A stretch of 64,000 bases of DNA, taken from contig JAKACP010000001.1 in assembly GCA_021821305.1 (NCBI GenBank), positions 68,934 through 132,933 of the forward strand. The letters are read 5' to 3'. Source of the DNA: a bacterium. Lineage in GTDB: Bacteria; Patescibacteriota; Minisyncoccia; Moranbacterales; UBA1568. The translations under genes and the position numbers were made by a program. Below, in pieces: positions 8,756 to 17,042 of this stretch (position 1 is its first letter; each line of letters begins with the position of its first letter). The notes beneath the pieces were generated by a model, which saw only the letters and a list, made by a program, of their open reading frames with translations, did not search any database and was not told the origin of the DNA.

Positions 8756-8939
8756 TATCGGCCAATCTGTAAATCGATCGTATCCTGTTTTCCGGGAACC
8801 GCATATTGCTCGAGCAAGCCCCTCTTTTCTCCGAAAATTCTCTCGGGATGCCGTCGAATGAGGAGAATGTTCGGAAAGAAAAGAGAGGGCGGCGAGGATG
8901 CGGTCGGAGACGGGATACGGTCGATTCAACAAGGCAGGG

Positions 8940-10229
8940 TCAGAGCTTTTCCAAAAGTTCGAAGAGCTTCTCGTTGCGGAGACGTGACTTCGCCGCGTCA
9001 TAGAGCGCCGGCAGATCGATATCTTTCTCGGCCTGCTTGATGCTCTTGAAGTACGCGAGCGCCTTGTTCATCTCCTCCTCGACGTCGGCCTGTTCGGCTT
9101 CGACTTCGCGATCCTTGGCGACCGCCTCGAGTGCCAGACCTGACAGGATCCGCTTCTCCGCCTGCGGGCGCCAGTCCTTAGCGAGCTCCTCCTCGGTCTT
9201 GCCCAACCGGGCGAGATAGTCGCCGAGCTCCATGCCCATCATGGACGCCTGATGCCCGAATTCGGAAATCATGCGCCGAAGTTCGCTCTCCACGAGCACT
9301 TCCGGGAGTTCCGCTTCAGCCCCCTCCGTGATCGCCTCGAGTATCGCTACGCGGCGTCTCTCCTTGGCTTCGTGCTCGCGTTCCGTCCTCATGCCCTCCG
9401 CGATGCTCTCACGAAGCGCCGCGAGGTTCTCGAAGGAACCGACCGATGCCGCGAACGCGTCATCGATGGCGGGTATCTGCCGCTCCTGGACGAGGAGCAC
9501 CTTCACCCAGAATGTCGCCGGCTTCCCTGCGAGGGATTTCACATGGTACTGATCCGGAAACGTGAGGTCGACGGACTTCTCCTCTCCGGCCGAGAGTCCG
9601 ACTATAGCCTCCTCGAAACCGGGGATGAACGCGCCTTTTCCAAGCACGATCGGGTGTTTCTTGCCCGTTCCGCCCTCGATCGGCACCCCGCCCATGGTCA
9701 CCTCGAAATCGACTTCGGTCATGTCGCCGTCGCGCGCCTCGCGGAGCACCGTCACGAACTTGGCCCGCGACTCCGCGATCCTCGCGACTTCCGCGTCGAT
9801 ATCGGCTTCCGCGACCTCTATCTTCTCTTCCTCTTGTTTCTTGTTGACCTCGCGCACCTTCTTCTCCCACGGTTTCAGGGTGATTTCCGGCATCACGGCC
9901 GTATCGACGACGAACGAAAGCGCCTCGTTTTCCTTCACGTTCTCGAGGCGGACCTCCGGTCGTCCGATCGCATCGACACCGGCTTGCGCGAGCGCGGCCG
10001 GATACAGGTGGTCGATGGCGTGTTCGGCGCCCTCGACGAGGATCGTCGCCTTGCCGAGACGCTTCTCGAGCATCGCCCGAGGCGCCTTGCCCGGGCGGAA
10101 TCCCTCGACCTTCACATCCTTGGCGAGGTGCTCCGCCGCGTGGTCGATTTCGGCTTTCCACTCGTCCCACGGGATCGACACGGATATCTCCGCGCGCGAC
10201 TTCGGCATTTTTTTCACTGAAACATCCAT
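8940..10229 (-). CDS. tig: trigger factor
   Basis: The 429-aa product has the N-terminal ribosome-binding domain and a central FKBP-like PPIase (GFRPGKAP, GGVPIEGG). Confidence 0.9.
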   Translation of the reverse strand: MDVSVKKMPKSRAEISVSIPWDEWKAEIDHAAEHLAKDVKVEGFRPGKAPRAMLEKRLGKATILVEGAEHAIDHLYPAALAQAGVDAIGRPEVRLENVKENEALSFVVDTAVMPEITLKPWEKKVREVNKKQEEEKIEVAEADIDAEVARIAESRAKFVTVLREARDGDMTEVDFEVTMGGVPIEGGTGKKHPIVLGKGAFIPGFEEAIVGLSAGEEKSVDLTFPDQYHVKSLAGKPATFWVKVLLVQERQIPAIDDAFAASVGSFENLAALRESIAEGMRTEREHEAKERRRVAILEAITEGAEAELPEVLVESELRRMISEFGHQASMMGMELGDYLARLGKTEEELAKDWRPQAEKRILSGLALEAVAKDREVEAEQADVEEEMNKALAYFKSIKQAEKDIDLPALYDAAKSRLRNEKLFELLEKL

Positions 10230-10289
10230 ATGATCGATAAAAACTAAGGATTCAAAACGGAAACGTCCGGCGCACCTTCACGCGCGGCG

Positions 10290-10820
10290 TCACTTCTTGT
10301 ACCGCTTCTCGTAGAGCTTGAGCCCCTTCTTCACCGCCGCGATCGCCTCCTTTTTTCCGCGGAAGCCCTTCACGGAAACCTTCTTCCCCTCGATCGACTT
10401 GTAGGTCTCGAAGAAGTGCTGGATTTCCTTGAGCGTGTGCGGGTTCACGTCGGAGAGGTTCTTCACCCCGTCCCAGCGCGGATCGCTTTCCGGGACGGCG
10501 ATGATCTTGTCGTCGCTCTCTCCGCAATCAATCATCCCCATCACCGCGATAGGCCTCGCCTCGACGAGGATGCCGGGCGCGAGTGGATAGGTCGTGAGGA
10601 GCACGACATCGAGCGCGTCACCGTCGCCCCAGAGGGACTGCGGCACGAACCCGTAGTCGAACGGATAGTCCTGTGCGCTCTTCATCGCCCGGTCGAGCTT
10701 GATGAGGCCGGTCTCCTTGTCGATCTCGTACTTGTTCTTGGTCCCCTTCGGGCACTCGACGATCACGTTGATGATATCGGGGGCGTTCTCGCCGGAAGAT
10801 ATTTCATGCCAGAGGTTCAT
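10290..10820 (-). CDS. ppa: inorganic pyrophosphatase (family I)
   Basis: The start is at the internal MNLWHEI. The product has the DYPFDYGF and DGDALDV motifs. The upstream ORF extension overlaps the nusA 3' end. Confidence 0.85.
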   Translation of the reverse strand: MNLWHEISSGENAPDIINVIVECPKGTKNKYEIDKETGLIKLDRAMKSAQDYPFDYGFVPQSLWGDGDALDVVLLTTYPLAPGILVEARPIAVMGMIDCGESDDKIIAVPESDPRWDGVKNLSDVNPHTLKEIQHFFETYKSIEGKKVSVKGFRGKKEAIAAVKKGLKLYEKRYKK

Positions 10821-10866
10821 ATCGTTGAAATGATACGGATGAAAATTATTCGGTTTCGGACCGGAA

Positions 10867-12183
10867 TCACTTTCCGGATTCCTCTTCGGTCGTTTCGGTT
10901 TCCACGGCGGCTTCGGCCGGGGCCTCCTCGGCCGGAGCGACGGATTCCTCCGCCACGGCTTCCGATTCCTCCTTGACGGCACCGACACCCGCCTCGCTCG
11001 CCGACATGACGTCGATGCGGAGCCCCGAGAGCTTGGCCGCGAGCCGGACATTCTGCCCGCGCTTGCCGATGGCGAGCGAGAGCTGATCATCCGGAACGAC
11101 GACCTTGGCGCGGCGGCCCTCCTCGGTCTCCATGATTTCCACGGACACCACCTTGGCCGGGCTCATCGCTGCCGTGACGAACTTTTCGATGTCGTCATTC
11201 CACTCGATGATATCGATCTTCTCGCCGCCGAGCTCATCGATGATGGCCTGGACGCGGGTCCCCTTCTGACCGACGCACGATCCGATCGGGTCGATGCCTT
11301 CCTGGTTCGCCGATACGGCGATCTTGGTACGCGACCCCGCTTCCCGGGCGATCGCCTTGATCTCGACGGTGCCCGCGAAGATTTCCGGGACTTCGAGCGA
11401 GAAGAGATGTTTCACCATTTCGGGATGCGAACGCGAGAGTACGATGCCGGGTCCCTTCGGATCGGATTCGACACGGACGAGATAGACCTTGATATGCTGA
11501 CCCATGCGGTAGGATTCGCCTTCGACCTGCTCCGACGGGAACAGGATACCGGTCGACTTGCCGAGATCGACGAACACGTTGCGCCCTTCGATCCGCTGGA
11601 CGGTGCCGTTGACGACCTCGCCTTCGCGATCCTTGTACGCGTCGTACATCGACTGGCGTTCGGCCTCGCGGAGCCGCTGGATGACGACCTGCTTGGCGGT
11701 CTGCGCCGCCACGCGGCCGAAATCCTCGTGCGGCGGAAGTTCGATCTCGATCGTGTCGCCGACCTTGGCGCCCTTCTTGAAGGCCTTGGCTTCGTCGACG
11801 GTCAGATCGCGCTCCGGGTTGTATCGCGGGAGACGATCCTCATCGATCTCCTCCGGCTCTTCCGCCACCGGCCCCTTGCCTTCGGCTTCGGTCGCTTCCT
11901 CCTCCGTCTCCTCCACGAACTCGCGCGTCGTCTCATCGACGACTTCCTTCACGAGGAAATACTGCGCGGTCTTGGCGACCTCGTCGAACTTCACCTTGAT
12001 GACCTGGCTCTTCTTGCCATAGTCGCGCTTGTAGGCCGCCGAAAGCGCCGCCTCGACGACTTCGATCACCTTGTCCTTGGGGAGACCCTTCTCCTCGACG
12101 ATCTGCATGACCGCGCTTCCGAACTCCCCGAGCCGCCCGGACAGGCTCTCGTCGGGCTGGTCCACCACTTTCTTCTTTGCCAT
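10867..12183 (-). CDS. nusA: transcription termination/antitermination factor NusA
   Basis: The product has S1 and tandem KH domains (GSRTKIAVSANQEGIDPIGSCVGQKGTRVQ, LAIGKRGQNVRLAAKLSG) and an acidic C-terminus. Confidence 0.9.
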   Translation of the reverse strand: MAKKKVVDQPDESLSGRLGEFGSAVMQIVEEKGLPKDKVIEVVEAALSAAYKRDYGKKSQVIKVKFDEVAKTAQYFLVKEVVDETTREFVEETEEEATEAEGKGPVAEEPEEIDEDRLPRYNPERDLTVDEAKAFKKGAKVGDTIEIELPPHEDFGRVAAQTAKQVVIQRLREAERQSMYDAYKDREGEVVNGTVQRIEGRNVFVDLGKSTGILFPSEQVEGESYRMGQHIKVYLVRVESDPKGPGIVLSRSHPEMVKHLFSLEVPEIFAGTVEIKAIAREAGSRTKIAVSANQEGIDPIGSCVGQKGTRVQAIIDELGGEKIDIIEWNDDIEKFVTAAMSPAKVVSVEIMETEEGRRAKVVVPDDQLSLAIGKRGQNVRLAAKLSGLRIDVMSASEAGVGAVKEESEAVAEESVAPAEEAPAEAAVETETTEEESGK

Positions 12184-12426
12184 ATGATATGACTTAATAA
12201 TCGCTTAGAATTACTCTTTCTCCCGATTCCAACAAAAAAGGCCCGCTATCAAGCGAACCAATCGTCACTATCGGAACTGTGCTTTGCAGTATAGCGGAAA
12301 TACGACGTGCTGTCAAACTGATCAAGGCGCCGGAAGCCCCGCTTCTTTTTCATGCATTTTCCGTCTCTCATACAAGCCGAAAAACAGAATATCGGCTTAT
12401 ATGAAACATTTAATGAACTCGCTCCA

Positions 12427-12455
12427 TTGACTTTTCACAAAAAATATGCTATACT
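12427..12455 (+). promoter_or_regulatory. near-consensus sigma-70 promoter (TTGACT-17-TATACT)
   Basis: ttgactttcacaaaaaatatgctatact lies ~75 nt upstream of the ATG at 12532. The leader has an 8-10 bp stem (cgttatgg...ccataacg) and the SD site aaaggaga. Confidence 0.6.
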
Positions 12456-12531
12456 GGCACGTTATGGATTACGGAGCCCGCAAGGTAACCCACCATAACG
12501 GGCACATTCACAATTTCAAAGGAGAACGGAA

Positions 12532-13347
12532 ATGATCGATATGGGCAACGCATTCGCATTCAAGGAAATCTGGAATGCCATACGCGGAATTATCCCCCAC
12601 GGAGCGAAGGAAACCCCGCTCGAGCAACAGATGCCGGGCGGACTTCTCCCGAGCTACGACGACGAGGCCATCTCGGCGGCACTCGATGCCACGCTCGCCA
12701 AGGAAAAGGGCCAGGAGTATCTGGACCGGATCATGGCTGTCCGTGAAAAACTCCAACCGCACCAGCGGGAACGTTGGCGGAAGGTGTACGGCACGATCAA
12801 GCTGACCGAACGGCACGAGAACGCGCTCTCTTCGAAGAAACAGACGAAAGTCGAAGCCTCCGCAAAGGGGCCGGCTCGCGAAGACAGCACCGAGGAATAT
12901 CAGCGGCGACAGCGGGACTACGAGTACACGCTCGAAGATCCCCGATTGGAGCACCTGATCCTCGTATCGGAAATGGCGCGGGACCATGGCGTGGATGCGG
13001 CGGTCACCTATCTCATCACCTCCGACTTCGCTCTCGAAAAATCTCTCGCAGAAAAATTCGATGTGCTGAAGAAGGCGGGCGGTGAGAAACTGACGCGGGG
13101 AGCATATTCCCTGTTTCTCGGGGACGAATACGAAAGAATCTGCGAGCAGAACCCGGGGAAACCCGTGGACGAGCTCGAAAAGATCTTCAAAAGCGCGCTC
13201 GTCGCCAAGACCGCCCGCGAAGAGCAGGCTCTGAAAAAGGCGCGAAAGGATCGCATCCTCCACGCCCGACCAGTGATGCTCGGCATCACCATCGCCCTCA
13301 CGGCGGTGATGATCGCCACCATCGGGTTCATACAATTTTTCAAGTGA
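12532..13347 (+). CDS. hypothetical tail-anchored protein (charged soluble N-terminal region, single C-terminal TM helix)
   Basis: It has a strong promoter and SD site. The 271-aa product ends in VMLGITIALTAVMIATIGFIQFF. No family is recognised. Confidence 0.55.
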   Translation: MIDMGNAFAFKEIWNAIRGIIPHGAKETPLEQQMPGGLLPSYDDEAISAALDATLAKEKGQEYLDRIMAVREKLQPHQRERWRKVYGTIKLTERHENALSSKKQTKVEASAKGPAREDSTEEYQRRQRDYEYTLEDPRLEHLILVSEMARDHGVDAAVTYLITSDFALEKSLAEKFDVLKKAGGEKLTRGAYSLFLGDEYERICEQNPGKPVDELEKIFKSALVAKTAREEQALKKARKDRILHARPVMLGITIALTAVMIATIGFIQFFK

Positions 13348-13360
13348 AAAGGAGTAGAGA

Positions 13361-14530
13361 ATGAGCTTCACGCACGCAAGCGCCATCCAGGGAAAACAGA
13401 TCCTGGAATGGGCGAACAAGTGGCACCAGACCGTCGTCCTCTGGACGATTGTCGGCGCCGTGTTCGCTCTCGCCCTCGGGGTCCTGGCCAACATGGCGGG
13501 ATTTCCGGGATTCAACTTCATCCTCGCGGCGATCACGCTGCTTGCCGGGATATTCTTCCTGACCAAGCCGGCGATCGTCCTCTCCGTAGCCGGTATCGGC
13601 TCGCTCACGAGCGGCCTGCCGGACATCAAGTTCGGAGAAATCCTGCGGAACGGGGTCGGATCGCTTCCGAACTTCGAACTGGAGAAAATTTTCGGGGCCG
13701 GATGGGACGCGATCAAGGCGACGGCTCACAAAGTCGCGAACGTACTCTTCCTCCTGGCGGTGATCTTCGTGGTTCTGGGGACGTTCCCGATAAGCGACGC
13801 GACGCTGGTCCTGCCGGCATTCGTCGTCCTGACCGGGGTCGGACTCTGGTCGGCACTCTTCGCCAAAGGCTATGTGTGGTACCGGAATATCACTATCGGT
13901 ATCCTGCTCATCGCCGGCGGCATCACCTTCTTCAAGCTGTACGACCCCGAAAGCAAGGTCGAACGGATCGAGGAAGCCCGGGCAGCACACCAAGAGGCGC
14001 TCATCGACGAGGCGTTGACACCCGTACTCCGGAAAGCGGAGAACGGCATCAAGCTGACCAAAGAAGAGGTGCGTATCCTCGATGCGGCGAAGAATCTGGA
14101 GGAAAGCCGATCGATCATTACGAAGGTCAAAGCGTTCGCTCTCGGACGGGTGATAGAGTATCGGGTGCCGAGCAACATCGCGCCCGAGAACCTGAAACCG
14201 ATCTGCGGAGTTCCTTCGGGAGAATACCGGTTGGAAGTGTCCGACGGTTCCCGTCTCGGAATCGGTCAACGCGATCAACCGGGAACTTCGACCGTAGCCC
14301 TCACCGGGCGAGCCGACCGGATCGCGAGAAGTGACCAGCTTCGCCGACAGGACTACCGTCCGTACGGATTCATGCTCAACGGATCCGGACATGAGGAGAC
14401 GGTCGCGGTCGCGAGGGACGGATGCCTGTTGCCATCATTCAATCTGACGTTCGAACAGGAGGACTTGTTCCGTGACAGACTCTGGTTGGCAAAACATTCG
14501 ACCATCCGTTTCGTTCTCAAGGGCATCTGA
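13361..14530 (+). CDS. hypothetical polytopic membrane protein (~6 TM) with a C-terminal soluble domain
   Basis: The SD site aaaggag precedes the ATG. It is co-oriented with the previous gene at 13 nt spacing. A terminator follows. Confidence 0.55.
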   Translation: MSFTHASAIQGKQILEWANKWHQTVVLWTIVGAVFALALGVLANMAGFPGFNFILAAITLLAGIFFLTKPAIVLSVAGIGSLTSGLPDIKFGEILRNGVGSLPNFELEKIFGAGWDAIKATAHKVANVLFLLAVIFVVLGTFPISDATLVLPAFVVLTGVGLWSALFAKGYVWYRNITIGILLIAGGITFFKLYDPESKVERIEEARAAHQEALIDEALTPVLRKAENGIKLTKEEVRILDAAKNLEESRSIITKVKAFALGRVIEYRVPSNIAPENLKPICGVPSGEYRLEVSDGSRLGIGQRDQPGTSTVALTGRADRIARSDQLRRQDYRPYGFMLNGSGHEETVAVARDGCLLPSFNLTFEQEDLFRDRLWLAKHSTIRFVLKGI

Positions 14531-14537
14531 ACCGACG

Positions 14538-14580
14538 ATAAAGGCGGTCCGATTAATTCGGAACCGCCTTTCTTTTTTTC
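14538..14580 (+). terminator. rho-independent terminator
   Basis: aaaggcggtccgattaattcggaaccgccttt is followed by ctttttttc. Confidence 0.55.
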
Positions 14581-14592
14581 CGATAACGCGAT

Positions 14593-15336
14593 CTAGAAAA
14601 GGTTCGCGACCTGCGTGACGAGCACGAGCGACCCGAGCGCGACCGCGATGCCGACGATCGCCCATTTGACGATCGCCTTGGCCGAATCCGCGCGCTTCTC
14701 GTCGCCGCCGGACGTGAGGTACATCATCCCGCCCCAGACGAGCATGACGATGGCGAGCACACCGACGAGCGAGAGGAGGAAGTTGAGGACGTTCTGTATG
14801 ATCTCTAAAAGGGTCGGCGCGGCTGTGACATTGGCATTCGGCGGCGTCCAGCCGAGAATGGTCGAGATTTCCTTGAGAAACGACGGCGCGGCGATGCCGA
14901 TCGCGAGTCCGATCATCGACGCGGTGATGGCCGCTTTGGCGGTCTTGATCCGACCCTCGTCGCCGGCGGAGACGATATAGAGTACCGCACCGATCACGAT
15001 GAAGACGAGCGAGAGCGTGACGATGATACCCTGGAGCGCGTCGAGCAGTTTGCCGAGCATGTCCTGCACCGTGTTATAGCCGAGCGGGTTGGAGATGGTG
15101 ATAGAGCCGGCAGCGGCGGCTACGGCACCTTGGCAACAGGATTCTCCTGCTCCGCAACTGACCATAAGGGGAGGGGGGATAATAGCGCCCGCACAAGAAA
15201 GCTGGCACGTTCCGGTGCCCGCGGCATTGCTGCACGACGCACCGACTACGGCATCCACATCCGCCACATCGATCGAAAACAGCATCCCTGAGAAAAGGAG
15301 AGCGAGAACGGCGACCGGCATCGATATTTGTTTCAT
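14593..15336 (-). CDS. secreted protein with two tandem copies of a pilin-like two-helix domain (TrbC/VirB2-like T4SS pilin candidate, fused duplication)
   Basis: It has a signal peptide (MKQISMPVAVLALLFSG) and a Cys-rich linker. Two repeats of the hydrophobic-SAGDE/SGGDE-xxxAK-hydrophobic motif are shared with the four neighbouring paralogs. The start is at an internal Met. The track ORF has a spurious N-terminal extension. Confidence 0.5.
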   Translation of the reverse strand: MKQISMPVAVLALLFSGMLFSIDVADVDAVVGASCSNAAGTGTCQLSCAGAIIPPPLMVSCGAGESCCQGAVAAAAGSITISNPLGYNTVQDMLGKLLDALQGIIVTLSLVFIVIGAVLYIVSAGDEGRIKTAKAAITASMIGLAIGIAAPSFLKEISTILGWTPPNANVTAAPTLLEIIQNVLNFLLSLVGVLAIVMLVWGGMMYLTSGGDEKRADSAKAIVKWAIVGIAVALGSLVLVTQVANLF

Positions 15337-15349
15337 AGGGTTCGAGAAA

Positions 15350-15745
15350 TTATAACGTGCTGGTATCGCCCGAGACGAGCGCGCCGATGGTCCGAATGAT
15401 GACGAGGCCCGAGAGCGCGACCGCAAGTCCGATCGCCGCGTATTTCGCCATGTTCTTGGCGGATTCGGCCTGCTTCTCGTCGCCGGCCGAGAGTATGTAC
15501 TGAAAGCCCGCGATGACGAAGGCGAGTGTCGCGGCGGCGGCCATGATGTAGAGGAGCCAGTTGAGCACGTTCTGCACCACCGCCATGACCGATTCATCGG
15601 AGAGCCCGGTCGCGGCGGCGGTCGGGACACAGACGCCGTTGATGACCGTCAGGTCGGCGGTGGGACAGCTCGTCACCGCCTGTGTGACGGAAGCCGACAC
15701 GGACATCCCGAGAAAAAGGATCACCGCGAACATCGTTTGTTTCAT
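15350..15745 (-). CDS. small secreted pilin-like protein (paralog family, SAGDE motif)
   Basis: A signal peptide is followed by NVLNWLLYIMAAAATLAFVIAGFQYILSAGDEKQAESAKNMAKYAAIGLAVALSGLVII. The start is at the internal MKQTMF. Confidence 0.5.
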   Translation of the reverse strand: MKQTMFAVILFLGMSVSASVTQAVTSCPTADLTVINGVCVPTAAATGLSDESVMAVVQNVLNWLLYIMAAAATLAFVIAGFQYILSAGDEKQAESAKNMAKYAAIGLAVALSGLVIIRTIGALVSGDTSTL

Positions 15746-15791
15746 AATGGACCATGAATAATTCGCCTCCAGTATACCGTTTCCGGAACGA

Positions 15792-15821
15792 AAAAACAAC
15801 CCCGTTTCGGGGGTTGTTTTT
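15792..15821. terminator. bidirectional hairpin terminator inside the pilin-like gene array
   Basis: aaaaacaaccccgtttcgggggttgttttt. Confidence 0.45.
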
Positions 15822-15856
15822 CGAAAATCCTTTCGAAAGGATCCGACTGCCTGAGA

Positions 15857-16237
15857 CTAGAGTTCCGTGGTGCTGCCGACTCCGACGAGGTTCGACACCG
15901 TACGAACGATGACGAGTCCGAGGAGGGCGACCACGAGGCCGATGATGGAATACGTGATAAGACCCTTCGCCTTCTCCGTCTTTCCTTCGTCGCCGGCCGC
16001 GGTGATATAGAGGATACCCGCGATGACGAACCCGAGAACGGCCAAGGCCGCGAGGAGATACAGGAGCCAGTTCATTATGAGCGTGATCATGTCCCGGATG
16101 GAAATCTCGGAAAGACCGGTCGCTCCGACGGAGGTATTGTCCGGATTCTCATCATACCCCGGGGTGAACTGCGCGCTCACGGCTATCGGAGCGAGCACCA
16201 GCATCGCCGCCATGACATACATGAACATTTTTTTCAT
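15857..16237 (-). CDS. small secreted pilin-like protein (paralog family, AAGDE motif)
   Basis: It has the signal peptide MKKMFMYVMAAMLVLAPIAVSA and the motif LIMNWLLYLLAALAVLGFVIAGILYITAAGDEGKTEKAKGLITYSIIGLVVALLGLVIV. Confidence 0.5.
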   Translation of the reverse strand: MKKMFMYVMAAMLVLAPIAVSAQFTPGYDENPDNTSVGATGLSEISIRDMITLIMNWLLYLLAALAVLGFVIAGILYITAAGDEGKTEKAKGLITYSIIGLVVALLGLVIVRTVSNLVGVGSTTEL

Positions 16238-16288
16238 ATTTGCTCACCTCCTTTCCTTTTATGTTTATCAGTTTCCACAAAAGAAACT

Positions 16289-16567
16289 CTAAAAGAAACT
16301 TCCGATCTGCCGGACGATGACGAGCGCACCGAGCGCCACCGCCACTCCGACACCGGCATACATCGCCGCCCGCTTGGCCTGTGCCGCGCGCTCCGTGTCG
16401 CCGGCCGACAGGAGGTACATCGCACCCGCGACCGCTAGCGCCAGTATAGCAAGAATTCCGAACGCGGACAACAAAAAGTCAAGAATATTGCCGAGCACTT
16501 CCGACACCGGCGGCGCGTCATCGATGACGCCGACCGCATGGGCTATCCGTATGAATGATATGTCCAT
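16289..16567 (-). CDS. small pilin-like protein (paralog family), no obvious signal peptide
   Basis: ILDFLLSAFGILAILALAVAGAMYLLSAGDTERAAQAKRAAMYAGVGVAVALGALVIV. Confidence 0.45.
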   Translation of the reverse strand: MDISFIRIAHAVGVIDDAPPVSEVLGNILDFLLSAFGILAILALAVAGAMYLLSAGDTERAAQAKRAAMYAGVGVAVALGALVIVRQIGSFF

Positions 16568-16579
16568 AAACGCGTGTCG

Positions 16580-17032
16580 CTAGAGTGCCGCGCCGCAATC
16601 GAACGAGAATCCTCCGGTCACGGAAAAGGTCGCGCTGATGCCGAGATCGCTCTCTGCGTCGAAGACGACGAACATGACGGTATTGACGATGATCCAGGCT
16701 GCGAGGATGATGACGAGTCCGGCAAGGGATGCGAAGACGCCCTTTTTGGCGGTTTCCATCATCCCCGGATTCCCGGCCGAGACGATGTACAGGATGCCCA
16801 TCGCCACGATGATGGCGAGCGCGGCGAAGACCATGATGTCACGGATGTAGGTCGTCAATACGGAAACACCGGACACCAGGTGACAGATCGAGCACTGCTC
16901 GGTTTCATTGTAGGTCGTACCCGGATCATCGGTATTCGCACCGCACGGCACGAGCCCCGCATCGGCCGGAGACGGCACCGCGAGAAATACCATGGCCGCG
17001 AACATGACCCCGAAGAAATATCTCATAGACAT
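16580..17032 (-). CDS. small secreted pilin-like protein (paralog family, SAGNPG variant)
   Basis: It has a signal peptide and a Cys-containing segment, then IMVFAALAIIVAMGILYIVSAGNPGMMETAKKGVFASLAGLVIILAAWIIV. Confidence 0.5.
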   Translation of the reverse strand: MSMRYFFGVMFAAMVFLAVPSPADAGLVPCGANTDDPGTTYNETEQCSICHLVSGVSVLTTYIRDIMVFAALAIIVAMGILYIVSAGNPGMMETAKKGVFASLAGLVIILAAWIIVNTVMFVVFDAESDLGISATFSVTGGFSFDCGAAL

Positions 17033-17042
17033 GATAGACCGG

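Noticed and set aside
12508-14392. Minus-strand ORFs 12508-13716 (402 aa) and 13340-14392 (350 aa)
   Set aside because: They are antisense to the promoter/SD/terminator-supported plus-strand operon at 12532-14530. The translations are low-complexity (R/G/D/E/P-rich).
14593-15630. N-terminal 98-aa extension of the first pilin-like ORF (PRPGSPMNRSW...)
   Set aside because: The extension is a Pro/Ser/Arg-rich frame overlapping the next gene. An internal Met followed by a typical signal peptide gives the plausible start.
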